Below, one piece after another: positions 54,081 to 62,941 of a DNA stretch of 63,918 nucleotides. The position numbers were made by a program, and so were the translations under genes. The notes under the pieces were generated by a model. That model worked only from the letters and a program-made list of their open reading frames with translations. It was not told the origin of the DNA and searched no databases. The DNA comes from Phycisphaerales bacterium (GTDB taxonomy: Bacteria; Planctomycetota; Phycisphaerae; SM23-33): NCBI GenBank assembly GCA_003485185.1, contig DNAS01000072.1, positions 9,843-73,760 of the forward strand. The letters run 5' to 3'. Position 1 is the stretch's first letter. Each line of letters opens with the position of its first letter.

Positions 54081-54130
54081 ACCCGCCCGCTCCGTTTGCG
54101 TTGCGCCCGGCGGCATGGTACAAGCACTTC

Positions 54131-55459
54131 ATGCCGACCGCTTTGCTCTACACGTTGGGCGCCTTCGCGCTGATATTGGTGCTGGCGCGGTTTCGTGTGC
54201 CGCTGGCGGCTGCCATCCTCGGCGGCACGGTGGCCCTGGGCGTGGCGCTGGGGCTGAACGCAGGCGACCTGCTGCGCGCCGCCGTCGCCGGATTGACGGC
54301 GCCCATGAGCCTGGCGCTGATGCTCATCACCCTCCTGCTTCCGGCGCTGTCGGAGATCATGCGCCAGACCGGGCAGATGGAGCGAATCGTCTCGGCGGCG
54401 CGGGCGTTTTTCCGCCGACCCGCCGTCACGATGGCGGCGCTGCCCGCCCTGATCGGACTGCTGCCCATGCCCGGCGGGGCGCTGTTCTCTGCCCCGATGG
54501 TCGAAAGCGCTGCCGGCGGAAAGCCCGTCGGCGCGGGGAAGCTTTCCGCCTTCAACTACTGGTTCCGTCACATCTGGGAGCACTGGTGGCCGCTCTATCC
54601 GGGCGTGATCCTGGCGATGACCCTCACCCAGACGCCCGCCTGGCGGTTCATCGTCTTTCAGATTCCGCTGGGGCTGTTCATGGCCGTCGCGGGCGCGCCG
54701 CTGTTTTTCGGCCTGCACCCCGACCTGCACGCCCGCTCGCCACACGTTTCGTCGGAGACGAAGCGCCAGATGCTGAAGGTCACGTCCTCGATCTGGATCA
54801 TCGTGCTGGCGTACGTCCTGGGGGCGGTGGCGCTGCACTTGGGGGTCGGGCCGGCCCCCATGCAACTGCCCGGCCAGCCGGCACTGACGGCGGGACAGGA
54901 GTGGCTGTCGCTGGCGCACAAGTTCGGGCCGTTCCTGGTGGGGCTGGCGGCGAGCCTGCTGTGGACGGCCCGAATGAACCGCATGCCGTGGTCCGGAGTG
55001 GGCAAGGTGTTCGCCCGCCCGGGCCTGTACGCGCTGGTGGTGCTGGTGGCGTCGGTGATGATCTTCCAGGCCGTGCTGAAGGCCGGAGGGGCCGCGCCGA
55101 AAATCGCCGCGGAACTGGCTGCCCTCCACGTGCCGACCGAGCTGGTCATCATGGCCCTGCCGTGCATCGCCGGGCTGGTGACGGGACTGGCGTTCGGGTT
55201 CGTGGGCACGAGCTTCCCGATCGTCCTTCCGCTGGCGGCAGCCGCCGCCAACGGCGCGCCCCTCGCGCCCTACGTCGCCTTGGCCTACGCCTTCGGACAC
55301 CTCGGGCAGATGTCCAGCCCCATCCACCTCTGCCACGTCGTCAGCAACCAGTACTTCAAGACGCCCTTCGGACCGGTGTACCGGCAGATCTGGCTGCCCA
55401 TGCTGCTGGCAGGGGTGATGACCCTGGCGTACTTCTTCGCCCTCCGCGCGATCCTGTAG
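54131..55459 (+). CDS. DUF401-like polytopic membrane protein (putative permease)
   Basis: ATG 54131. LIGLLPMPGGALFSAPMV and NYWFRHIWEHWWPLYPG motifs. About 12 TM helices. Confidence 0.65.
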   Translation: MPTALLYTLGAFALILVLARFRVPLAAAILGGTVALGVALGLNAGDLLRAAVAGLTAPMSLALMLITLLLPALSEIMRQTGQMERIVSAARAFFRRPAVTMAALPALIGLLPMPGGALFSAPMVESAAGGKPVGAGKLSAFNYWFRHIWEHWWPLYPGVILAMTLTQTPAWRFIVFQIPLGLFMAVAGAPLFFGLHPDLHARSPHVSSETKRQMLKVTSSIWIIVLAYVLGAVALHLGVGPAPMQLPGQPALTAGQEWLSLAHKFGPFLVGLAASLLWTARMNRMPWSGVGKVFARPGLYALVVLVASVMIFQAVLKAGGAAPKIAAELAALHVPTELVIMALPCIAGLVTGLAFGFVGTSFPIVLPLAAAAANGAPLAPYVALAYAFGHLGQMSSPIHLCHVVSNQYFKTPFGPVYRQIWLPMLLAGVMTLAYFFALRAIL

Positions 55460-55471
55460 CCGGCGGACGTC

Positions 55472-55607
55472 CTAGACTCTGGCTGAAAACTCCGAATCCG
55501 GGGGTGCCACGGCTTGCTTGTCAAGCCGTGTTGCCGCAAGAACACTGCTTGCAAGCAAGCAGTGCCACCCTTGTTGGTACATCTGGCGAGGAGTTTTCAG
55601 ACAGAGC

Positions 55608-55611
<4 letters not shown>
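55472..55611. repeat. Double-hairpin palindromic element, full copy B3 (MITE-like, 140 bp)
   Basis: TIRs ctagactctggctgaaaactcc / ggagttttcagacagagcctag (20/22). The 32-mer 55539-55570 is identical to 16405-16436. The right TIR contains the moxR stop codon. Confidence 0.9.
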
Positions 55612-56636
<1,025 letters not shown>

Positions 56637-56684
56637 GCCCAGTCACCCGGGACAGGGGGTATCCCCCAAGTTTGTAGCGGAGGA

Positions 56685-57461
56685 TTACAAGGGGAGGCCG
56701 AAGAAGCGGACGGCGTTGACGGTGGTCTGTTTGGCGAGGGCTTCGGGCGGGAGGTCGCGTTCGCGGGCGAGGAAGGCCGCGACGTGGGCGACGTTGGCCG
56801 GCTCGTTGGTCTTCATCTTCCGCACGGGCTCGGGCGAGAGGTACGGCGCGTCGGTCTCGATCAGCAGGCGGTCCGGTGGCACGAGGGCGGCCCCGGCCCG
56901 CACGTCGGCGGCGTTGGCGAACGTCACGATGCCCGAGTAACTGACGGTGGCACCGAACTCGAGGATCGCGCGGACGTTTTCCGGCGGCTCGGTGCAGGAG
57001 TGGAACAGCACGTCTGGGCCGTCCAGGCCCGAGTCGCGCAGGATCGCCAGCGTGTCGTCGAAAGCCTCGCGTGTGTGGACGACGACGCGCTTGCCCAGCC
57101 GGCGGGCGAGGGCGAGCTGCTCGGCGAAAACGCGGCGCTGGTCGGCCGGCGGGGAGAAGTTGTAGTGGTAGTCCAGGCCGGCCTCGCCGAGGGCGACGGT
57201 TTTCGGCTCGCCCAGCAGGGATTCCAGCTCGGACAGGTAGTCCGCGCCGGCGTCTTGCGCATCGTGCGGGTGCACGCCGGCCAGGCAGGATACGTCCGCC
57301 TCGCGCCGCGCGATCGCCAGCGCCGCGCGGGAATCGGGCACGTTGCCGGCCGCACAAACGAAGGCCGTCACGCCCGCCTCCCGCGCGCGGGCGAGCACGT
57401 CGTCCAGCGTGGTCGCCAGGCGGGGGTGTGCGAGATGGCAGTGCGTGTCGATGAGTTTCAT
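56685..57461 (-). CDS. tatD: TatD-family metal-dependent hydrolase
   Basis: ATG 57461. MKLIDTHCHL, GEAGLDYHY, VVHTREA, IETDAPYL. Confidence 0.9.
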   Translation of the reverse strand: MKLIDTHCHLAHPRLATTLDDVLARAREAGVTAFVCAAGNVPDSRAALAIARREADVSCLAGVHPHDAQDAGADYLSELESLLGEPKTVALGEAGLDYHYNFSPPADQRRVFAEQLALARRLGKRVVVHTREAFDDTLAILRDSGLDGPDVLFHSCTEPPENVRAILEFGATVSYSGIVTFANAADVRAGAALVPPDRLLIETDAPYLSPEPVRKMKTNEPANVAHVAAFLARERDLPPEALAKQTTVNAVRFFGLPL

Positions 57462-57480
57462 GGCGTTCCGTCCGCGGCGG

Positions 57481-57876
57481 TCAAAACGCGCCCGGCAGGT
57501 GGCGGATCTCGGCTTCCTGCCCGTCGCGCAGGACGATGGCGACGATGTCGTATCGGACGTTGAACCCTTCGGCGTCGCGCCCGGCGAGGTAATGCCCGGC
57601 GGCCTTGCGGATGCGGCGTTGCTTTTCGGCGTTGACGGCTGACTCGGGGTCGGTGTAGGTGTCGCAGGAGCGGGTTTTGACCTCGACGAAGCAGATTGTC
57701 TCGGCGCCATCGAGCCCGCGCGTAGAACGGTCCAGCGCGATCAGGTCAATCTCCGCCGCGCCGGACCGGTAATTTTCTGCGAGGATTTTCATGCCCTGGC
57801 GCCGCAGGAAGCGCCGGGCGATTTTCTCTCCACGGGGGCCCAGCGGCGGCTTGTCGCTTCGCCGGAAGGGCCACAC
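57481..57876 (-). CDS. yraN: YraN-family (UPF0102) endonuclease-like protein
   Basis: GEKIARRFLRRQGMKILAENYR..EIDLIA...FVEVKTR. GTG start 4 nt after the rplS stop. Confidence 0.85.
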   Translation of the reverse strand: MWPFRRSDKPPLGPRGEKIARRFLRRQGMKILAENYRSGAAEIDLIALDRSTRGLDGAETICFVEVKTRSCDTYTDPESAVNAEKQRRIRKAAGHYLAGRDAEGFNVRYDIVAIVLRDGQEAEIRHLPGAF

Positions 57877-57880
57877 GGGA

Positions 57881-58276
57881 TCACTCCTGGGCGGCGGCGC
57901 CTTCGGAGGCGTTGGCGCCCTCGACGCCGCGCTGGATTTCCTTCAGGCGGGTGCGCTTGCCGACGCGATCGCGCAGGTAGTACAGCTTGGCGCGGCGGGT
58001 CTTTCCGCTGCGGATGATCTCGATGTCGGACACCCGCGGGCTGTGCAGCGGGAAGGTGCGCTCCACGCCCTGGTTGTTGACGATGCGCCGGACGGTGAAC
58101 GTTTCGGCCACCTTGCGTCCCTTGCGGCCGATGACCGTCCCGATGAACGCCTGGATGCGCTCCTTGTCGCCCTCGACGATCCGGCAGTTGACCTTCACCG
58201 TGTCGCCCACGCGGAAGGGGGGGATGTCCTTCTTGAAACTCGCCTCAGCCGCCTTGTTCAACAGTTCCTGGCTCAC
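57881..58276 (-). CDS. rplS: 50S ribosomal protein L19
   Basis: GTG 58276 with GGGAGA upstream. [13 protein letters not shown]...[10 protein letters not shown]...[10 protein letters not shown] aligns with E. coli L19 from residue 2. Confidence 0.92.
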   Translation of the reverse strand: MSQELLNKAAEASFKKDIPPFRVGDTVKVNCRIVEGDKERIQAFIGTVIGRKGRKVAETFTVRRIVNNQGVERTFPLHSPRVSDIEIIRSGKTRRAKLYYLRDRVGKRTRLKEIQRGVEGANASEGAAAQE

Positions 58277-59021
58277 CGTTATTCTCCCGCGGCCGGTCCC
58301 GGTCGGTCTGGGCCGCTTCGTCTTGCCTCTTGAGATACGCTTCCCACAGGTCGGGCCTGCGCTGCATCGTACGCAGCCTGGACTGCTCGGCCCGCCAGCG
58401 GGCGATCTTCGCATGATCGCCGCTGAGCAGCACCTCCGGCACCGGCAGGCCTCGAAACTCCCGCGGGCGGGTGTACTGCGGATACTCCAGCAAACCCATG
58501 CGGAACGATTCCTCGTCCAGCGATTCTTCTTTTCCCAGCGCCCCGGGCAGCAGGCGGACGACGGCGTCGGTAATCGCCATCGCCGCCACCTCCCCGCCCG
58601 ACATCACGAAGTCGCCCAGCGAAATTTCGACGTCCGCCAGGGCGGTTCGGATCCGCTCGTCGAAGCCTTCGTAATGCCCCGCCAGCAGGATCAGTCGCGG
58701 CTCGCCGGCCAGTTGCTCGGCGAGCGCCTGGGTCATCGGCTGTCCCTGGGGGCTCAGCAGCACCAGTTTTCCGGGCGGGCTCGCCTGGGCCCGCACGTGC
58801 TCGACGGCGTCGAAAATCGGCTGGCACATCAGCACCATGCCGGGCCCGCCGCCGAACGGGGCGTCATCCACCGAGCCGTACCGGTCGGCGGCAAAATCAC
58901 GAAGGTTCGTCAGGTGAACTTCCGCCAGGCCGTTCCGCACCGCGCGCCCCACGATGCTGGCGCCCAGGAACCCGTCGAACATCTCCGGGAACAGCGTGAG
59001 GATGTCGAAACGGAGTCCCAT
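58245..59021 (-). CDS. trmD: tRNA (guanine37-N1)-methyltransferase
   Basis: [32 protein letters not shown]. The 3' end overlaps the rplS start by 32 nt. Confidence 0.93.
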   Translation of the reverse strand: MGLRFDILTLFPEMFDGFLGASIVGRAVRNGLAEVHLTNLRDFAADRYGSVDDAPFGGGPGMVLMCQPIFDAVEHVRAQASPPGKLVLLSPQGQPMTQALAEQLAGEPRLILLAGHYEGFDERIRTALADVEISLGDFVMSGGEVAAMAITDAVVRLLPGALGKEESLDEESFRMGLLEYPQYTRPREFRGLPVPEVLLSGDHAKIARWRAEQSRLRTMQRRPDLWEAYLKRQDEAAQTDRDRPRENNGEPGTVEQGG

Positions 59022-59063
59022 GGGTTGGCACGCGGACCGGTCGGACGGATCTCGGCGGGGCGG

Positions 59064-59321
59064 TTACTTCTTGACCGCGATGCCGTTACGCGCCAGCAGC
59101 TGGCGGACCACGTCCGACGGCTGCGCGCCCACGCTCAGCCAGTGCTCGATCCGCTCGCGCTTCAGCGAAACCTGCTTGTCCGCGTCGCGCGCTTCCGGAT
59201 CGTACCAGCCCAGCTCCTCAATCACCCGCCCGTCGCGAGGGGTGCGACCGTCTATCGCGTTGAGGCGGTAGAAGCTGCGGTTCCGACGACCGAATCGTTT
59301 TAATCTCAGTTTGACTGCCAC
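59064..59321 (-). CDS. rpsP: 30S ribosomal protein S16
   Basis: GTG 59321 with GGAGAAGG upstream. VAVKLRLKRFGRRNRSFYRLNAID. Confidence 0.92.
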   Translation of the reverse strand: MAVKLRLKRFGRRNRSFYRLNAIDGRTPRDGRVIEELGWYDPEARDADKQVSLKRERIEHWLSVGAQPSDVVRQLLARNGIAVKK

Positions 59322-59495
59322 GAATGCCTTCTCCACATTCCGGCCGGGACCCACGTCGGGCCGCGGCGCCAGATGCAACGCTGGAAACTTCGCGAATCGG
59401 GCATTCTACCAATCCCCCAAGACCTTGCAAGGGCTTTTCCGGGGGATTTTCCGATGCGGCCTGGCGCGATTCGCGAAGTTTCCGCCTTTGCCCGC

Positions 59496-59509
59496 CCACA
59501 ATCCGCAAT
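59496..59509. repeat. 14-mer CCACAATCCGCAAT (inverted copy of 3850-3863), word family D
   Basis: Exact reverse-complement match. Confidence 0.8.
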
Positions 59510-59579
59510 CAAAAAACCTCCCGCAGGCCGATAGAACCCCAGGACACGACAGGGTCGCACTTTGCGAAAAGGAACGCCC

Positions 59580-60356
59580 GTGATTTACGCCGCATTGGCA
59601 GTCTGGCTGCTGGGAATCCTGTTCATGGCCGTCGGGACCTACCGCCTGTGGGCGCGGATGATCCGCCCGCAGTACGTCTCCTGGGCGCTGCTTCCGGGCA
59701 CTCTGGTGGCGGAAATGGCGTACATTTTCGGCTGCCTGGTGACCGGCGGGGAGATCCGCCGCGCCAAGATCGTGCCGGAAGCGGGCTCCCGCAAGGGGGG
59801 CGACTCCGAACCCGCCACCGAGGCCACCGCCCGACTGAAGGTTCTGGGGCCCATCATCGCGTCGCTGCTGGCGGTCGTCGCGTGCGGCGGCGCCATCCTG
59901 ATCGTCCACGCCCTGCTGGGCGAGCCGGTGCTGACGCAGTTTGCCTCACTCCCGAGCGCGGCGCTGCCCAAGACCCTCCCCACGAGCTGGAACGCCTTCT
60001 GGGGCCAGCTCGACGGGCAACTGACCCTGCTCCGCCGCGTCTGCGAGACGTGGACCGAGCTGCAATGGTCCAACTGGCGCGTGCCGCTGTTCGTCTACCT
60101 GGCCGTGTGCCTGTCGGTGCGCCTCGCGCCGGTGCGGCGCGACCTGCGGGCGACTTTGGCGGCCGTCGTCGCCGTGGCGATCCTCATCGCCCTGCTCGGG
60201 CTGGTCTGGAAACGTTTCGACTCGCTCGTGCAGGACGTCTGGTCGCTCGTGACGTACGTCTGGAGCCTGTTGCTGTTCCTGCTGGTGCTGACGCTGCTGG
60301 TCTCCGCCGTCGCCGCCCTGGTTCGCGTCCTGTCCGGCAAGGCCAAGGCCTCCTGA
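59580..60356 (+). CDS. Hypothetical integral membrane protein
   Basis: About 6 TM helices. GTG 59580 has AAGGAA upstream; the ORF track starts at TTG 59562. Confidence 0.55.
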   Translation: MIYAALAVWLLGILFMAVGTYRLWARMIRPQYVSWALLPGTLVAEMAYIFGCLVTGGEIRRAKIVPEAGSRKGGDSEPATEATARLKVLGPIIASLLAVVACGGAILIVHALLGEPVLTQFASLPSAALPKTLPTSWNAFWGQLDGQLTLLRRVCETWTELQWSNWRVPLFVYLAVCLSVRLAPVRRDLRATLAAVVAVAILIALLGLVWKRFDSLVQDVWSLVTYVWSLLLFLLVLTLLVSAVAALVRVLSGKAKAS

Positions 60357-60366
60357 CGCGAATGGG

Positions 60367-60396
60367 TTGTCCGCCCGCCCGGCGATCTGCTATGCT
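60367..60396 (+). promoter_or_regulatory. Candidate promoter TTGTCC-N18-TATGCT
   Basis: About 27 nt upstream of the radical SAM ATG at 60423. Confidence 0.3.
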
Positions 60397-60422
60397 GGAT
60401 CACCTCAAGCGAGCGCGACGAC

Positions 60423-61751
60423 ATGGCTGAGGTAATCCACCCCTTCAACATCATGTGCAAGCCGGTTTGCGGCGTGTGCAACCTGGACTGCGCCTACTGC
60501 TACTACACGGCCAAGCCGCGGGATCTGTACCCCGAGGTGCCCGACGCTTCGGGCTTCCGCATGCCGGAGCGGGTGCTGGAGGAATACACGCGGCAGTACC
60601 TCGAAGCGATGCCCGTGCGGTGCGAGTTCGGCTGGCAGGGGGGCGAGCCGACGCTGATCGGGCTGGACTTCTTCCGCCGGGCCGTCGAACTCCAGAAACA
60701 GCACGTCCGCCCGGGGCAGACGATCTCCAACGCCCTCCAGACCAACGGCACGCTGCTGACCGACGAGTGGGGCGAGTTCCTCGCCGAGCACCGGTTCCTG
60801 GTGGGCGTCAGCCTGGACGGGCCCGCGCAGTGGCACGACTTCTACCGAAAGGACCACGCCGGCCGGCCCACCTTCCACCGCGCCTGGGCCGGACTGGAAC
60901 TCCTCCGGAAGCACCGCGTGGAGTTCAACGTGCTGGTGACGCTCAACAGCGTCAACGCGCCGCACGCGGCCGACATCTACCGCTACTTCACCAACCGCGG
61001 CGTGCAGTACGTGCAGTTCATCCCGATCCTGGAGCGCGGGCCCGACGGCGCGCCGACGGACTTCTCCTGCACGCCCGCGCAGTTCGGGCGGTTCTGCCTG
61101 GACGTTTTCGAGCAATGGGCCACGCGCGACGTGGGGCGCGTCTCGGAACGCCTCATCGACAGCGTGCTGCACACGCTGATCTTCGGCGTCGCCAGCACCT
61201 GCTGCTACGCCGAGCGGTGCGGAAACGCCCACGTGCTGGAATGGAACGGCGACCTGTACGCCTGCGACCATTTCGTCTACCCGCAGTGGAAGATCGGCAA
61301 CATTCTCGAGCGCCCGCTGGCGGAGCTGGTGCGCGCCCCGAAGCTGGCGGATTTCGACCGCATGAAGATCGAGCTGCCCGCCGCCTGCCGGGACTGCGAG
61401 TTCCTGCCCTTCTGCCGCGGCGGATGCCCCAAGCATCACATGCCCATCGGCACGGACCCGGCGCGGGTGAATTACTTCTGCGAGGGCTACAAGTTGTTCT
61501 TCCGCCAGACCCTGCCGGAACTGAGGCGGATGGCGGAGTATTTCAAACGGAACCAGACCCCGCCGCCCAAGGGCGCTCCTGCCGGCGCCGCCCGCGCGGG
61601 CGGGGAAGCCGGCGACTTCGCGGCAGGGCCCGCGCCCGACGCGGCCATGCCCTACAAAACCTCTCTCCCGCGCAAAGCCCCCGGGCGCAACGACCCCTGC
61701 CCCTGCGGTTCGGGGCGGAAATTCAAGGCCTGCTGCGGCCGACGCGCGTAA
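60423..61751 (+). CDS. Radical SAM/SPASM maturase, anaerobic sulfatase-maturating enzyme-like, with a C-terminal SEC-C zinc motif
   Basis: CNLDCAYCYY (CX3CX2C), GGEPTL, Cys-rich SPASM region (CRDCEFLPFCRGGCPKH). A Pro/Ala/Gly linker is followed by DPCPCGSGRKFKACCG. Confidence 0.8.
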   Translation: MAEVIHPFNIMCKPVCGVCNLDCAYCYYTAKPRDLYPEVPDASGFRMPERVLEEYTRQYLEAMPVRCEFGWQGGEPTLIGLDFFRRAVELQKQHVRPGQTISNALQTNGTLLTDEWGEFLAEHRFLVGVSLDGPAQWHDFYRKDHAGRPTFHRAWAGLELLRKHRVEFNVLVTLNSVNAPHAADIYRYFTNRGVQYVQFIPILERGPDGAPTDFSCTPAQFGRFCLDVFEQWATRDVGRVSERLIDSVLHTLIFGVASTCCYAERCGNAHVLEWNGDLYACDHFVYPQWKIGNILERPLAELVRAPKLADFDRMKIELPAACRDCEFLPFCRGGCPKHHMPIGTDPARVNYFCEGYKLFFRQTLPELRRMAEYFKRNQTPPPKGAPAGAARAGGEAGDFAAGPAPDAAMPYKTSLPRKAPGRNDPCPCGSGRKFKACCGRRA

Positions 61752-61754
61752 ATA

Positions 61755-62775
61755 CCCCTCTCCCTTGAAGCAGGAATGCGCGCCATTGGGATAACTATAA
61801 TTAATTGCTAGAGTTAAAGACTTGCGCAACAAAACAGTTCGCGTCATGATGTCTTCTGTACGCCAATACAGGAGAACGTCATGGACGACGAACTGTTTGA
61901 GGCATTGTACCACATTGCCTGGAAGTTGTGGCCTTCTCGAGAACGTCGAGTGCAATATGCCGGAAGGACCATCGTCCTGATGTACTTGTGGTCCGTGATT
62001 CGAGGCAAGCCGCGCCAATGGGTCTGTCACCGCCAAAATCTCCCAGACGCGATGACGGAAGCCGACATCCCCAGTTCTTCGCAGTTCGGTCGAAGACTCC
62101 GCAGCGCTCGCGTGCAAGCCATGCTCACGGAGTTGGAGAATCATCTGCGGGGCGTTCCGCAAGCCACCATGCTCGGCTGCTGGCTGTTGGACGCCAAACC
62201 GCTGCTGGTCAGTCCCTACAGCAAGGACAAATCCGCCAAACGCGGCTGGGCCTATAACGGCAGGGCCCGGGGATACAAGGTCTTCGCGATGAGCGACCTC
62301 CAGGGCCGCGTGGTCGCATGGGACGCCCGGCCCATGAATGAAGCGGAGCCGCTGGTGGCGCGAACGTTGCTGCAGCAGACCGATCGACCCGGCTACGTGA
62401 TCTGCGACAGCATCTAGGACAGCGGGCCCTTGCATGAACTGACGGCCGCCAGAGACCTGCAGTTGATCGCGCCGCGCAAAGTTCCCGGCGGCAACATCGG
62501 GCAGCGAGCTCGGCAGCCCACCCGCCTGCGCGCCATTGCCATGCTGGAGACCTTCAACAATGCCTTCGGTCCCGCCATGTATGCGTATCGCACCCGGATC
62601 GAGCGGGCGTTCTCCCGCATGGCCAGCAGCCGGATTGGACTGGATCACCTGCCGCCGTTCGTTCGGACCCTCCCCCGTGTCCGCCTGTGGATCCAAAGCA
62701 AAATCATCCTTTACTCGCTGCCTCAAAAACAGGAGTTATATCAATGATGCGCATTCCTGCTGGAAGGGAGAGGGG
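61755..62775 (+). mobile_element. IS5/IS4-superfamily insertion sequence (about 1.0 kb) with 27-bp terminal inverted repeats
   Basis: IRL cccctctcccttgaagcaggaatgcgc (61755-61781) against IRR gcgcattcctgctggaagggagagggg (62749-62775), 25/27. Visibly lower GC than the flanks. Begins 4 nt after the radical SAM stop. Confidence 0.8.
61881..62747 (+). pseudogene. DDE transposase interrupted by one in-frame TAG (62415-62417)
   Basis: The two ORF-track pieces (61881-62417 and 62430-62747) are in the same frame. Read-through gives ...GYVICDSI*DSGPLHELTAARDLQLIAPRK, so the stop sits where IS5-type enzymes have the Y of the D(x)GYDS box. The downstream RTRIERAFSRM (E motif) is intact. Confidence 0.75.
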
Positions 62776-62794
62776 AGGGAGAGGGTGTTCTTCA

Positions 62795-62876
62795 TTTTTT
62801 AATTTTGGATTTCGGATTGCCTCTGCCGCGAATCCGTCCGGGCATTCCAAAATCAAAAATCTCAAATCTCAAATTC
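62795..62876. repeat. Low-complexity word block (TTTTAATTTTGGATTTCGGATTGC ... AAAATCAAAAATCTCAAATCTCAAATTC), D3
   Basis: Same word family as 8151-8220 and 3848-3880. Confidence 0.75.
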
Positions 62877-62941
62877 CTCTCCACTCAACACTCTGCACTC
62901 TTCCCATGGAATGCCCCGGCGGCATGGAGTACCATCGGGGC

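Noticed and set aside
62415-62417. In-frame TAG in the transposase as programmed recoding or pyrrolysine
   Set aside because: It is a single occurrence in a mobile-element gene, at a position normally occupied by Tyr (one transition from TAY). No pyl genes or other in-frame TAGs were seen in the window, so a nonsense mutation is the simpler reading.
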